Assembly: GCA_963809865.1 (NCBI GenBank) | Contig: CAWELL010000009.1 | Span: 67,263-131,262 of the forward strand | From: an uncultured Acidobacteriaceae bacterium | GTDB taxonomy: Bacteria; Acidobacteriota; Terriglobia; Terriglobales; Acidobacteriaceae | DNA length: 64,000 nucleotides | Reading direction: 5' to 3' | In this document: positions 47,388 through 55,748 of the stretch, piece after piece | Layout: every line of letters begins with the position of its first letter | Position numbering within the stretch: position 1 is the first letter of the stretch | Program-made: the position numbers and the translations under genes | The notes under the pieces: generated by a model | What the model was told of the DNA's origin: nothing | What the model saw: only the letters and a program-made list of their open reading frames with translations | The model's database searches: none

Positions 47388-48846
47388 ATGCCGCCCTGCG
47401 CAACGACCATGAAATACCTCTACGAGGGTTCACGAGCTAACGGTTTGATCTCTAGCCGCCTTTGCGCGGCTACTCTGGTTTGTCTGCTGGCGCTGGGCGG
47501 CAATTCCGCGTTGGCGGTGAATCCTGCCAAGCATAAGGTTCTCATCGCCTCGGACATTCACTTCAATCCCATGGCCGACGCTGCGCTGGTGCCGCAGTTG
47601 ATCGCCGCCGAGCCCGCGCAGTGGGAAGCGATTTTGAAACAGACCGCGCCGCACGCCTTCAGCCCCTACGGGCAGGACACGAACTGGTGGCTGCTGCAAT
47701 CGTCGCTCGACCAGATGCGCAAGACCATGCCTCACCCCGCAGTGTTCCTCGTACTGGGCGACATGCTGGCACACCGCTTTCCCTCTACGTTCCGCGACAT
47801 CACGCACGACAACGACCGCCAGCACTACCGAGCCTTCGTGCTGAAGACGATTCAATTTCTCGCTTTGCAACTGCGGCGACGCTGGCCCGACACACAGATC
47901 CTGCTCACGCCCGGCAACAACGACAATGACTGCGGCAACTACTCCATCGAGTCGGGCGGCACGTTCCTCAGCGACACCGCCGCCACAATGCGCGAGCTGG
48001 CAAAGGTGGATGAGCAAGCGGCTGCCGATTGGAAGACGCTCGGCAGCTATACCCAAGTGCCTGCCGCAATCCAAGGCGTGAAGATCGTTTCGCTTAACAG
48101 CGTATTCTTCTCAGAGAGGTACGAGCCGCAGAGTTTCCGCGACTCTTGTGAAGAAGTGCAGACTACCGCGCCGAGCCAGGCATTTGCGATGGCTGGAGCA
48201 GACGATAAGCGCTGCCCAACAGGCCAACCAAAAGGTATGGCTGACGTTTCATATCCCGCCCGGAATCGACGGCTACGGTAGCGCCCATAATCACGAAGGA
48301 TCGTGCGAGGCGAACATCGTTCCCATGTGGGTTCCGGAGTGGACGGTCAAGTTCGACAGCCTGCTGATCAACTATCGAGAGACGATTGCGGCCAGCTTCG
48401 CCGGACATGACCATACCGACGACTTCCGCGTCATTCGCGACGGCGATATCCCCGTGCAGTTCGTGCTGATCGATCCGCCGATCTCGCCGGTGTACGGCCA
48501 GAATCCGGCATTTCGAGTGCTCGATGTGAGCGGCAGCGAGGTGCGGGACCAGACCACGTACTACCTGACCAACCTCACGAAGGCCGGGACGAACGGCGGC
48601 AAGTGGAAAAAGGAATACACCTTCTCGAGCGAGTGGAAGACGAAGCAGTTGGATGCGACCAGCCTCGCCAACATCTACAACAAAATCGCGAGTGATGACA
48701 CCGCGCGCGCGCACTGGTTGAAGCTCTACAACGTTTCCAGTAGCGCAGCCCAAGTTCCGCCAGACACGGTGCGCGGATTGTATTGCGCGATCGAAGGACT
48801 AGGCGTGGGGGCGTACAAGAATTGCGCGTGTGGGAGCGGGAAATAA
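47388..48846 (+). pseudogene. secreted calcineurin-like metallophosphoesterase (acid-sphingomyelinase-like), split by an apparent +1 frameshift
   Basis: Two overlapping ORFs (47388..48281 and 48148..48846) carry consecutive parts of one protein. The first part reads VLIASDIHFNP, LVLGDMLAH, TPGNNDND. The second reads WLEQTISAAQQANQKVWLTFHIPPG, AGHDHTDDF. The frames join if nt ~48189 is skipped. Confidence 0.7.
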
Positions 48847-48873
48847 GATTGTAGTTTCACGCTGAGCTCTGAC

Positions 48874-49017
48874 TGTCATCCTGAGCGCAGCGAAGGACCT
48901 GCTTTGGATGGGAGTGCCCAAAACGTCGTCACCTCGGCTATGTACACGTCAAGTTGCCCCCTATGCGGCGTCGTCAATCCCGGCGACAACAGATCCTACG
49001 CTGCGCTCAGGATGACA
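48874..49017. repeat. 144-bp MITE-like element with perfect 19-bp terminal inverted repeats
   Basis: TGTCATCCTGAGCGCAGCG (48874..48892) and its exact reverse complement CGCTGCGCTCAGGATGACA (48999..49017). Confidence 0.75.
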
Positions 49018-49043
49018 ATCTCCGAAGGAGACGCTCTCGGCCT

Positions 49044-50447
49044 CTACGCCTTGGCGCTGTCGGCTTCTTCCGGGAAGAGCAGGTGGTTCTCCACGTCTTG
49101 GTCGCGCCAGTCAGGAGCATCAAGTTGGCGCGCACTCTTGTCGACCGGCTGCAGGTCGGGAAGCGCTTCAGCATCCAAAGAAGAATTCAGCTCCGCGACT
49201 TTACGTCCCGCAGGAAATACCGACCGCTGCATGGAACCAATGGCCGAGTTATAAGCATCCAGTGCGCCGCCCAACCTTGAGCCGAGGCTCTCGAAATGGC
49301 GGGTCATGGTACATAGCCGCTCATACAGCGTCGTGCTGGCTTCGATGAGCTTGTGCGCGCTCTCCTCAACGTTTCTCTGGTTCCAACCATAAGCAACTGC
49401 CTTGAGCAAGGCGATCAGCGTGACCGGCGAGGCTACGACCACGCCCCGGCTGACGCTCTCCTCGATCAGTTCGGGATATGCGTCCCAAGCCGCACGAAAG
49501 AACACTTCACCCGGCAGAAACAGAATGACAAACTCGGGAGTCGCGGCGAACTGCTGCCAATAGCGCTTCGACGCCAAGCCATCGATATGGGCTCTCACCT
49601 GGCGAGCGTGATCGGCGAGCAGCAGGCTGCGCGTGGCCTCATCGGGCGCTTCCAGTGAGGCGAGATATGCCAGAATGGGCGCTTTCGCATCGACGACAAT
49701 CTGCTTGTCCCCCGGCAGCTTCACCACTACGTCGGGACGGATGCGACGATCGTCGCCAATGACCGTGACCTGCTCATCGAAGTCGCAGTACTCCAGCATG
49801 CCGGCCATCTCGATGACTCGGCGCAGCTGAACTTCGCCCCAGCGGCCGCGAGCCTGCGGCTCACGCAGCGCTTTCACCAGATTTCCGGTTTCCGTCTGTA
49901 ATGCCTGTTGGGTCTTCAGCATTGACTCAACCTGCGTCGAGAGAGTTCCGTAGGCGTGAGCCCGCTTCTCCTCCAGCGCGCGCACCTGCTCGTCAACCTG
50001 CTTCAGCGACTGCGCGATCGGCTCGACCAGGGTCTTCACCGCCTGCTCACGCTTTTCTAACTCGCCCTTAGCTTCCGATTGCTGACGCTCCAGCGTGGCC
50101 TTCGCCAAGTCGAGAAAGTTCGCGTTGTTGTTTTGGAGTGCGCGCGCGGCGAGCGACTCGAATTGCGCCCGCATCTCGTCTTGCGCTTGCCTGAGCAGTT
50201 GCAGCTTTTCTTCGGCATTGCGGCGTTCGCTGGCGAGCGTGGCTTCGAGGGCCACTTTGGATTCGACGACTTGGTCGTGCCTCGCCCGCAAGGCCGCGAG
50301 CTCGGTGCGAAGGGCAGAGCCTTCATTCTCCAGTGCTGAGCTTCGCTCCGCTAGCGCGGATGTCTTCCACCGCGCCGCCATCATGGCAAAGCCGACACCT
50401 AGCGCCACACCGACAACAAACAGCAGAATCGCGACCGTAAAGCTCAT
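49044..50447 (-). CDS. rmuC: DNA recombination protein RmuC
   Basis: 467-aa ORF with an N-terminal TM helix, a long coiled coil and a C-terminal RmuC nuclease-like region (RPDVVVKLPGDKQIVVDAKAP...FVILFLPGE). Confidence 0.85.
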   Translation of the reverse strand: MSFTVAILLFVVGVALGVGFAMMAARWKTSALAERSSALENEGSALRTELAALRARHDQVVESKVALEATLASERRNAEEKLQLLRQAQDEMRAQFESLAARALQNNNANFLDLAKATLERQQSEAKGELEKREQAVKTLVEPIAQSLKQVDEQVRALEEKRAHAYGTLSTQVESMLKTQQALQTETGNLVKALREPQARGRWGEVQLRRVIEMAGMLEYCDFDEQVTVIGDDRRIRPDVVVKLPGDKQIVVDAKAPILAYLASLEAPDEATRSLLLADHARQVRAHIDGLASKRYWQQFAATPEFVILFLPGEVFFRAAWDAYPELIEESVSRGVVVASPVTLIALLKAVAYGWNQRNVEESAHKLIEASTTLYERLCTMTRHFESLGSRLGGALDAYNSAIGSMQRSVFPAGRKVAELNSSLDAEALPDLQPVDKSARQLDAPDWRDQDVENHLLFPEEADSAKA

Positions 50448-50544
50448 GCGGGCCCCTCGCCGATGCCGTATTGTAGCGCAGGCGAAGATTTAGCGAAAGT
50501 GGAAAAGTGGGTTCCGGACTTCAGTGCTGGGAGAGCATAGCGCT

Positions 50545-50652
50545 GACGGGTGGCCCACATTTCCCGTCCTTTGGGAAATGTGGGAGTGCGACGAGTTGGA
50601 CGGGTGGCCCACATTTCCCGTCCTTTGGGAAATGTGGGATTACGACGAGTTG
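50545..50652 (+). repeat. two direct tandem 54-bp units each containing a REP hairpin (variant CCCACATTTCCC)
   Basis: GACGGGTGGCCCACATTTCCCGTCCTTTGGGAAATGTGGGAGTGCGACGAGTTG is repeated with 2 mismatches. Confidence 0.85.
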
Positions 50653-50665
50653 GACTATAAGGACG

Positions 50666-51307
50666 GGGTGCCCCACTCAATCCATCGTTTGGATTGAGTG
50701 GGATGTCACACTGTTGACGGCGCCAAGTCACAGACCTCACCTCACCAGTCGCATAGTCTCACGCTGTGACAGCCGGTCTCAAGCGCTATTACCTCGAAGG
50801 CTCTCTCCACTTCATCACCTTCAGTTGTTATCGGCGACTGCCTCAACTGGGAACGGCAGCGCGACGCGACCTCTTTCTGCAGGTTCTCGAACAGGCGCGG
50901 CGACGATACCGTTTCGCGCTTCTGGGATATGTCGTCATGCCCGAGCACGTTCATCTGCTGATGACCATGCCCACTGTGGGCGACCCGTCGGTGGTCATGA
51001 AGGTGGTGAAAGAACGCTTCAGTCGACTGCTGCGCAAGCGCGAAGCGCTGAGTGATCGGGTGTGGCAGAAGCGCTTTTACGACTTCAACGTATGCACCGA
51101 AAAGAAGCGGGTTGAAAAGCTACGCTACATGCACCGGAATCCGGTGAAGCGCGGACTGGTTTTCAGTCCCGAAGAGTGGGACTGGAGTAGTTTTCGGTTT
51201 TATCTCAACGGTGAGAAAAGACTCGTAGAGGTTAATCCTTGTCCTTGGCGATTCCAGCATCGCGAATCCCACTCAATCCAACCGATGGATTGAGTGGGGC
51301 ACCCGGC
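50666..51307 (+). mobile_element. REP-RAYT-REP cassette, copy 1 (642 bp)
   Basis: The 5' REP GGGTGCCCCACTCAATCC-ATCGTTT-GGATTGAGTGGGAT spans 50666..50705. The RAYT ORF follows. The inverted 3' REP ATCCCACTCAATCC-AACCGAT-GGATTGAGTGGGGCACCC spans 51265..51307. Confidence 0.85.
50766..51293 (+). CDS. REP-associated tyrosine transposase (RAYT; IS200/IS605-type Y1 transposase family), copy 1
   Basis: 175-aa ORF with a GTG start. It reads YYLEGSLHFITFSCYRR, has the HUH motif VVMPEHVHLLM and the catalytic Tyr region LRYMHRNPVKRGLV. It is flanked by inverted REP hairpins. Confidence 0.85.
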   Translation: MTAGLKRYYLEGSLHFITFSCYRRLPQLGTAARRDLFLQVLEQARRRYRFALLGYVVMPEHVHLLMTMPTVGDPSVVMKVVKERFSRLLRKREALSDRVWQKRFYDFNVCTEKKRVEKLRYMHRNPVKRGLVFSPEEWDWSSFRFYLNGEKRLVEVNPCPWRFQHRESHSIQPMD

Positions 51308-51414
51308 CTTCAGCTCCCATGCGGGGGTGACGTGTCGCTCACCCACCATCGCTCTCGATCCCCTCTTCGTACTCTCTCATCAAACACAACAAGGATCGGT
51401 TCTTGGCCAGCGAG

Positions 51415-51800
51415 TCACGCCCCTTTTGCCCGGTCATCATAAAGCTTCATCGTTCGCCTTATCGCCCAGATAGCGATAGGTCTGCGACAAGGCTTCATAT
51501 ACCTGCCGCGTGGGACCAAGACGTCTCCGTCGGGAAATCCCGTAGAATGGTCTCCAGCTGTTGTTTCGCCTGCGCTAGAGCACCGGCTTTGTACTGGCGA
51601 ATGGCGAACCGCCATAAAGCTCTATCCTCTATATCGTTCCCGAGTCCGAGAGTGACGCCCGGGCGAACTCCTGTTTCGCACCCTCGGTGTCGTTTACATT
51701 CAAGGCATACTCCTAGCGCGAAGTGTACTGTTGCTCACTGCCGGCAGACTGAAGGAAAACGAGCCCTTCCCGCGAATGGGCATCGCCTCCTTGAACCGAG
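51415..51800 (-). pseudogene. decayed fragment of a TPR/BamD-like gene
   Basis: Minus-strand translations in two different frames give LWRFAIRQYKAGALAQAKQQLETILRDFPTETSWSHAAG and then VYEALSQTYRYLGDKANDEAL-stop. Further upstream, LSRFKEA and ALNVNDTEGAKQEFARA pieces are interrupted by stops. Confidence 0.35.
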
Positions 51801-52222
51801 ACAGACTAAATAGCGTGAGTGCACGACGGCATTGAACGTCCTCGTATAGGTATCGATGCTCAGGGTCATTTCAATGCTAGCCACGATATCGATGGAGCAT
51901 CCCGGCAAAAGCTCCTGACCGCAGTTTTCATGAGTACCTAGCCGGCTAAGACAGAAGGCTCGAGTTCGCAGAACAAGCTAGAAGCCAAGTCCCGAGATCA
52001 GCCATGCCCAGATGCTTTCCCGTGCTCGCAGCGTGAGCTGAACTTTCTCAGCGATCTAGCTTCCACTAGGCACGTGCAGCGTGACAGCTTACTCTCATTC
52101 CTGCAATCGATTCATCAAGCAGGGTTGGACTCCCTAAGTACCCAACATGCCGATTACCGACGCATAGGTAGCTGTACTGTATCCAGGTAACTCCAGTACG
52201 CAGGTTGAAGGCGCAATGGGCC

Positions 52223-52864
52223 GGGTGCCCCACTCAATCCATCGTTTGGATTGAGTGGGATGTCACACTGTTGACGGCGCCAAGTCACAGACCTCACCTC
52301 ACCAGTCGCATAGTCTCACGCTGTGACAGCCGGTCTCAAGCGCTATTACCTCGAAGGCTCTCTCCACTTCATCACCTTCAGTTGTTATCGGCGACTGCCT
52401 CAACTGGGAACGGCAGCGCGACGCGACCTCTTTCTGCAGGTTCTCGAACAGGCGCGGCGACGATACCGTTTCGCGCTTCTGGGATATGTCGTCATGCCCG
52501 AGCACGTTCATCTGCTGATGACCATGCCCACTGTGGGCGACCCGTCGGTGGTCATGAAGGTGGTGAAAGAACGCTTCAGTCGACTGCTGCGCAAGCGCGA
52601 AGCGCTGAGTGATCGGGTGTGGCAGAAGCGCTTTTACGACTTCAACGTATGCACCGAAAAGAAGCGGGTTGAAAAGCTACGCTACATGCACCGGAATCCG
52701 GTGAAGCGCGGACTGGTTTTCAGTCCCGAAGAGTGGGACTGGAGTAGTTTTCGGTTTTATCTCAACGGTGAGAAAAGACTCGTAGAGGTTAATCCTTGTC
52801 CTTGGCGATTCCAGCATCGCGAATCCCACTCAATCCAACCGATGGATTGAGTGGGGCACCCGGC
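52223..52864 (+). mobile_element. REP-RAYT-REP cassette, copy 2 (642 bp, offset +1557)
   Basis: It has the same sequence as 50666..51307 by visual comparison and identical translations in three frames. The flanks outside these limits differ. Confidence 0.85.
52323..52850 (+). CDS. REP-associated tyrosine transposase (RAYT), copy 2, identical to copy 1
   Basis: Its 175-aa translation is identical to that of 50766..51293. The overlapping ORFs in other frames are also identical. Confidence 0.85.
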   Translation: MTAGLKRYYLEGSLHFITFSCYRRLPQLGTAARRDLFLQVLEQARRRYRFALLGYVVMPEHVHLLMTMPTVGDPSVVMKVVKERFSRLLRKREALSDRVWQKRFYDFNVCTEKKRVEKLRYMHRNPVKRGLVFSPEEWDWSSFRFYLNGEKRLVEVNPCPWRFQHRESHSIQPMD

Positions 52865-52903
52865 TCCTTGCCACTCAGAGTCATTGCTCGACCCCTTGAG
52901 CGC

Positions 52904-53698
52904 CTAAACTGCGACGTGCATGGCCCAAAAAAAGTACAACAAGGGCACTGCAGCCAAAGAAGCCCATCTTCCGGCTCCTTTCCCGAACAAGCAAAGAACA
53001 GCCGCAATCAAACACATCAAACCGTTCACATAGGTCCACGAACTTATGCGTGGCGTAGGCCACAGCGGATGACCAAATCCATACCGGTAGATAAACTCGC
53101 CCGAAAGCTGGACTAGGCTGATCGAGAGCACCGCCAACCCGGCGAACAAAAGCCACTTCCGCCATTGAGGATACTGCCGTTTGTCCCTCGTTTGCTGCAG
53201 CCAAGCCAAGGCTACGAGAAAACAGAGTGCCCCAAACAACGACCAGCCGATCACGAACGGTTTCTTGGATGGCGGACTTGTTTTGAACTCCACTGTCTGA
53301 ACAGTGACAACCTCAACCGGTACTCCGTCCTTCAAAAACGGCCGGTACTTCCAACCTCGCACTGCTTGGGACGCGGCCTCTCCCAATGTCGGATCACCTA
53401 TGATCCTCCGAACCGAACTGACGCTTCCCGAACTGGAAATGGTCACCTCTAGCCCAACTGTGCCCCCAGCGATGTGCTGTGATCTGCCGCTTTCCGGCAG
53501 CGTCGGGTATGTGCGCTGCAAAATGTGGGCGTCAGCATCTTCCGATGGAACATGAACGGGGGGCGGACCTTCTAGAGCGGCCGCAATCGTGCACCATCCG
53601 ATTGCTAGGATAGCGATAGTATGCGCCTGTCTAGAGATGCGGGCTGCGGTTACGTAGACCAATTTTGGCGTTCGCCAGCGATGGATTATGGACCACAT
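52904..53698 (-). CDS. polytopic membrane protein with central TonB C-terminal-like domain (candidate Rhs-tip immunity partner)
   Basis: ORF 52904..53725 trimmed to ATG 53698 (AAGAGG RBS). The N-terminal TM helix is AHTIAILAIGWCTIAAAL. YPTLPESGRSQHIAGGTVGLEVTISSSGSVSSVRRIIGDPTLGEAASQAVRGWKYRPFLKDGVPVEV matches the TonB_C pattern. Four C-terminal hydrophobic helices follow. Confidence 0.65.
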   Translation of the reverse strand: MWSIIHRWRTPKLVYVTAARISRQAHTIAILAIGWCTIAAALEGPPPVHVPSEDADAHILQRTYPTLPESGRSQHIAGGTVGLEVTISSSGSVSSVRRIIGDPTLGEAASQAVRGWKYRPFLKDGVPVEVVTVQTVEFKTSPPSKKPFVIGWSLFGALCFLVALAWLQQTRDKRQYPQWRKWLLFAGLAVLSISLVQLSGEFIYRYGFGHPLWPTPRISSWTYVNGLMCLIAAVLCLFGKGAGRWASLAAVPLLYFFWAMHVAV

Positions 53699-53735
53699 AG
53701 AGGACCTCTTATTACGGCTCGACAACTACTGATGC

Positions 53736-55016
53736 CTACTTGATGGAGCGCCAGCGGAACGGAGTCGGGGCGCCAAAGTTAATAAAAAAACCTCCGTAAT
53801 AGCCGGTCTCAGAGGTTCCGTTGAGAAAGAACCCTCCAGTCGAATATGCATAACCGTTACTGCCACCCGCACCTCCACCACCTCCGCCGTAGTATCCTTT
53901 TGGAAACTTCGCACCCCATTTGCCCAGCTGATTGATACTTCCTTCTGGAACGTTGAAGATGTTTTGAGGTTTCTTGCCAACCTGATAACCCCAGGCTTCC
54001 CACGATGGGTACGCTGAGCTAGAGCCACCATCGATAGAGCATCCTGTCGCACTGCACGTTACGCTCGTGCTCAGCAAAATGGCGCCAGGAGATCCGGGAA
54101 GTCCACAGAATCCATTACAGGCGCTGGCATATAGGAATCCTGTCGTTGAATCCGCAGTAGAACTGGAGCTCCAATACTGATTAATCGTGCCCTCGGCGCT
54201 CACGTAGAAATCAGGAATTTCCGGTAGGTCGATCAGGACTTTACTCGTACCGGGCGCAGCGCGTTCGAACATTGTGTTGCTCTGAACGTCGTATATGAAC
54301 TGAAACTCCGCACGGTAAGTCCCACCTGAACCGCTCGGACCGCGATTATCACCGAACCCTGTGACAAAAGGTGGCCCGGACAACGTCGCTGCTGAGATGT
54401 AGGCGTCGATACAAAGACCGATTTGGCCTTCCTGAAGTCCGGCTGGTTGTGAGCAGAGCCCCCTGGGATCGATTCTGCTCAGTGGGTTGTTGCCCACGTA
54501 GGCATAGCGGTTCCAGGTCTGGGGGTTGGTGATGTCGACGGCGGCCAGCCCTGCCGGATCGGGCGACAGCCAGCGTCCCATGCCCGCTGAATGCTCGCGG
54601 AAAAGGAAGTCATAGATGCCCGTCTGCCCCTTGATCACGTCCTGCGTGTTGCCGGTAAAGAAGCGGTCTGCCGTTCCCGTCTCGGCGTAGGTCTCGCCAA
54701 ACGGAGCATACGCCCGGTCGTACACCGGATTGCCATTGGGATTGGTCGCAAGCCGCGACGAGCCCAGCCAGTCGGCATGACGAATGTACTGCTCACCCGA
54801 GGCGTTGAACACCTCCACCATGCCGTTCACCATGGGCATGAAGTAATTCTGGATGCTGCCGTTCTGCAGCGTAGCAAAGCGGGAGCCGTCGGGCTGATAC
54901 AGAATGTGCGTCACCGTGCCGGTGGTATCCTCCACGGCAACCGTCTGTGCCGAGCCCAGTGTAAGATTCGGCTGTGAGGAACCCTCTGGCGTCGCACGAT
55001 ACCTCTGCGATCCCAT
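53736..55016 (-). CDS. orphan Rhs/YD-repeat core C-terminal fragment with unassigned 239-aa C-terminal (toxin-like) domain
   Basis: The sequence reads YDRAYAPFGETY...FREHSAGMGRWLSPDPAGLAAVDITNPQTWNRYAYVGNNPLSRIDPRGL. This is the RHS repeat-associated core signature, with a double DPxGL. A novel C-terminal domain follows. The only ATG lies inside a REP hairpin, and the N-terminal shell is absent. Confidence 0.75.
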   Translation of the reverse strand: MGSQRYRATPEGSSQPNLTLGSAQTVAVEDTTGTVTHILYQPDGSRFATLQNGSIQNYFMPMVNGMVEVFNASGEQYIRHADWLGSSRLATNPNGNPVYDRAYAPFGETYAETGTADRFFTGNTQDVIKGQTGIYDFLFREHSAGMGRWLSPDPAGLAAVDITNPQTWNRYAYVGNNPLSRIDPRGLCSQPAGLQEGQIGLCIDAYISAATLSGPPFVTGFGDNRGPSGSGGTYRAEFQFIYDVQSNTMFERAAPGTSKVLIDLPEIPDFYVSAEGTINQYWSSSSTADSTTGFLYASACNGFCGLPGSPGAILLSTSVTCSATGCSIDGGSSSAYPSWEAWGYQVGKKPQNIFNVPEGSINQLGKWGAKFPKGYYGGGGGGAGGSNGYAYSTGGFFLNGTSETGYYGGFFINFGAPTPFRWRSIK

Positions 55017-55050
55017 TCATTCCAACCGAAGGAATGAATGGGGCACCCGG
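55010..55050 (-). repeat. REP hairpin, variant CCCATTCATTCC (inverted orientation)
   Basis: TCCCATTCATTCC-AACCGAA-GGAATGAATGGGGCACCCGG. It contains the ATG of the Rhs fragment ORF. Confidence 0.8.
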
Positions 55051-55087
55051 CGAAAGTGGAAAACTGGGGGACAACTCAGGAAGCAAA

Positions 55088-55552
55088 TTACCTCTTACGT
55101 TGCCCTTGCCGCAGCATCTCCATCATCTGCGCGGTGCGCCGCTCGCGAGTTTCTTCTCTCTTCGCGTCCTCGATGGCGCGAACATGCTCCTTCTGATGAG
55201 TGAACGACAGCTTAGCCCAGCGTTGCTTCACCTGCGCATCGCTGTTAATGATCTTCTTGAGATAGGCCGGCAGCTCGACCTTGCGCTCTTCCTGGTCGAG
55301 TTCCATCACGATCTTCACTATATCGCCAGCCTTGCATTTGCCGCCCGCGCGCATTTGGGCATTGACGCACATCATGTGGCCCTCGCCCGTGTTCATCAAC
55401 GAACTACGAAACGGAAATCCGTTGACCGTGCCCTTCACCGGCACGCGGCCTTTGCGCCCGAACACTTCCACCACGTCGAAGGGAGGCTTCAGACCAGCAA
55501 CCTGCGAACCTTCTCGACCGATCAGCTTGACTGTGAACTTGTGCCGCGCCAT
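55088..55552 (-). CDS. DUF1905 / YdeI-like domain protein
   Basis: 154-aa ORF. PFDVVEVFGRKGRVPVKGTVNGFPFRSSLM is DUF1905-like. LPAYLKKIINSDAQVKQRWAKLSFTHQKEHVRAIEDAK is YdeI/OmdA-like. Confidence 0.75.
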   Translation of the reverse strand: MARHKFTVKLIGREGSQVAGLKPPFDVVEVFGRKGRVPVKGTVNGFPFRSSLMNTGEGHMMCVNAQMRAGGKCKAGDIVKIVMELDQEERKVELPAYLKKIINSDAQVKQRWAKLSFTHQKEHVRAIEDAKREETRERRTAQMMEMLRQGQRKR

Positions 55553-55607
55553 CCGTCCTCCTCCGTCTCAACTCCCCGCGCAACAGTTTATCCGGCCGCG
55601 GGTGAGA

Positions 55608-55748
55608 GCAGGCCCCGATGGGGCATATCCGTTCAGCAACGTGACCATCGACATCGATGGTACGCTCTATGGCACCGCACAGGCCGGTGGCAACCTAACC
55701 TGCAACGCCTCGGTTGGTTGCGGCACCGTGTGGATGATCGAGCCGTAG
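55608..55748 (+). pseudogene. terminal-repeat remnant of a GloVer (Gloeo_Verruco) repeat protein
   Basis: The in-frame tail AGPDGAYPFSNVTIDIDGTLYGTAQAGGNLTCNASVGCGTVWMIEP-stop equals one GloVer unit (compare GNLYGTT..GG....G.VF.L in 60908..62176). No signal peptide or earlier repeats lie upstream. Confidence 0.45.

Noticed and set aside
40060-48200. Programmed ribosomal frameshifting as the explanation for the three +1 disruptions
   Set aside because: There is no slippery heptamer, no RF2-like CUU-UGA context and no downstream pseudoknot evident at any site. The three genes are unrelated. A sequencing error or mutation is more parsimonious.
50545-50652. 54-bp direct repeats considered as a mini-CRISPR array
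   Set aside because: There are only two abutting units, no spacers and no cas genes. The units are REP hairpins.
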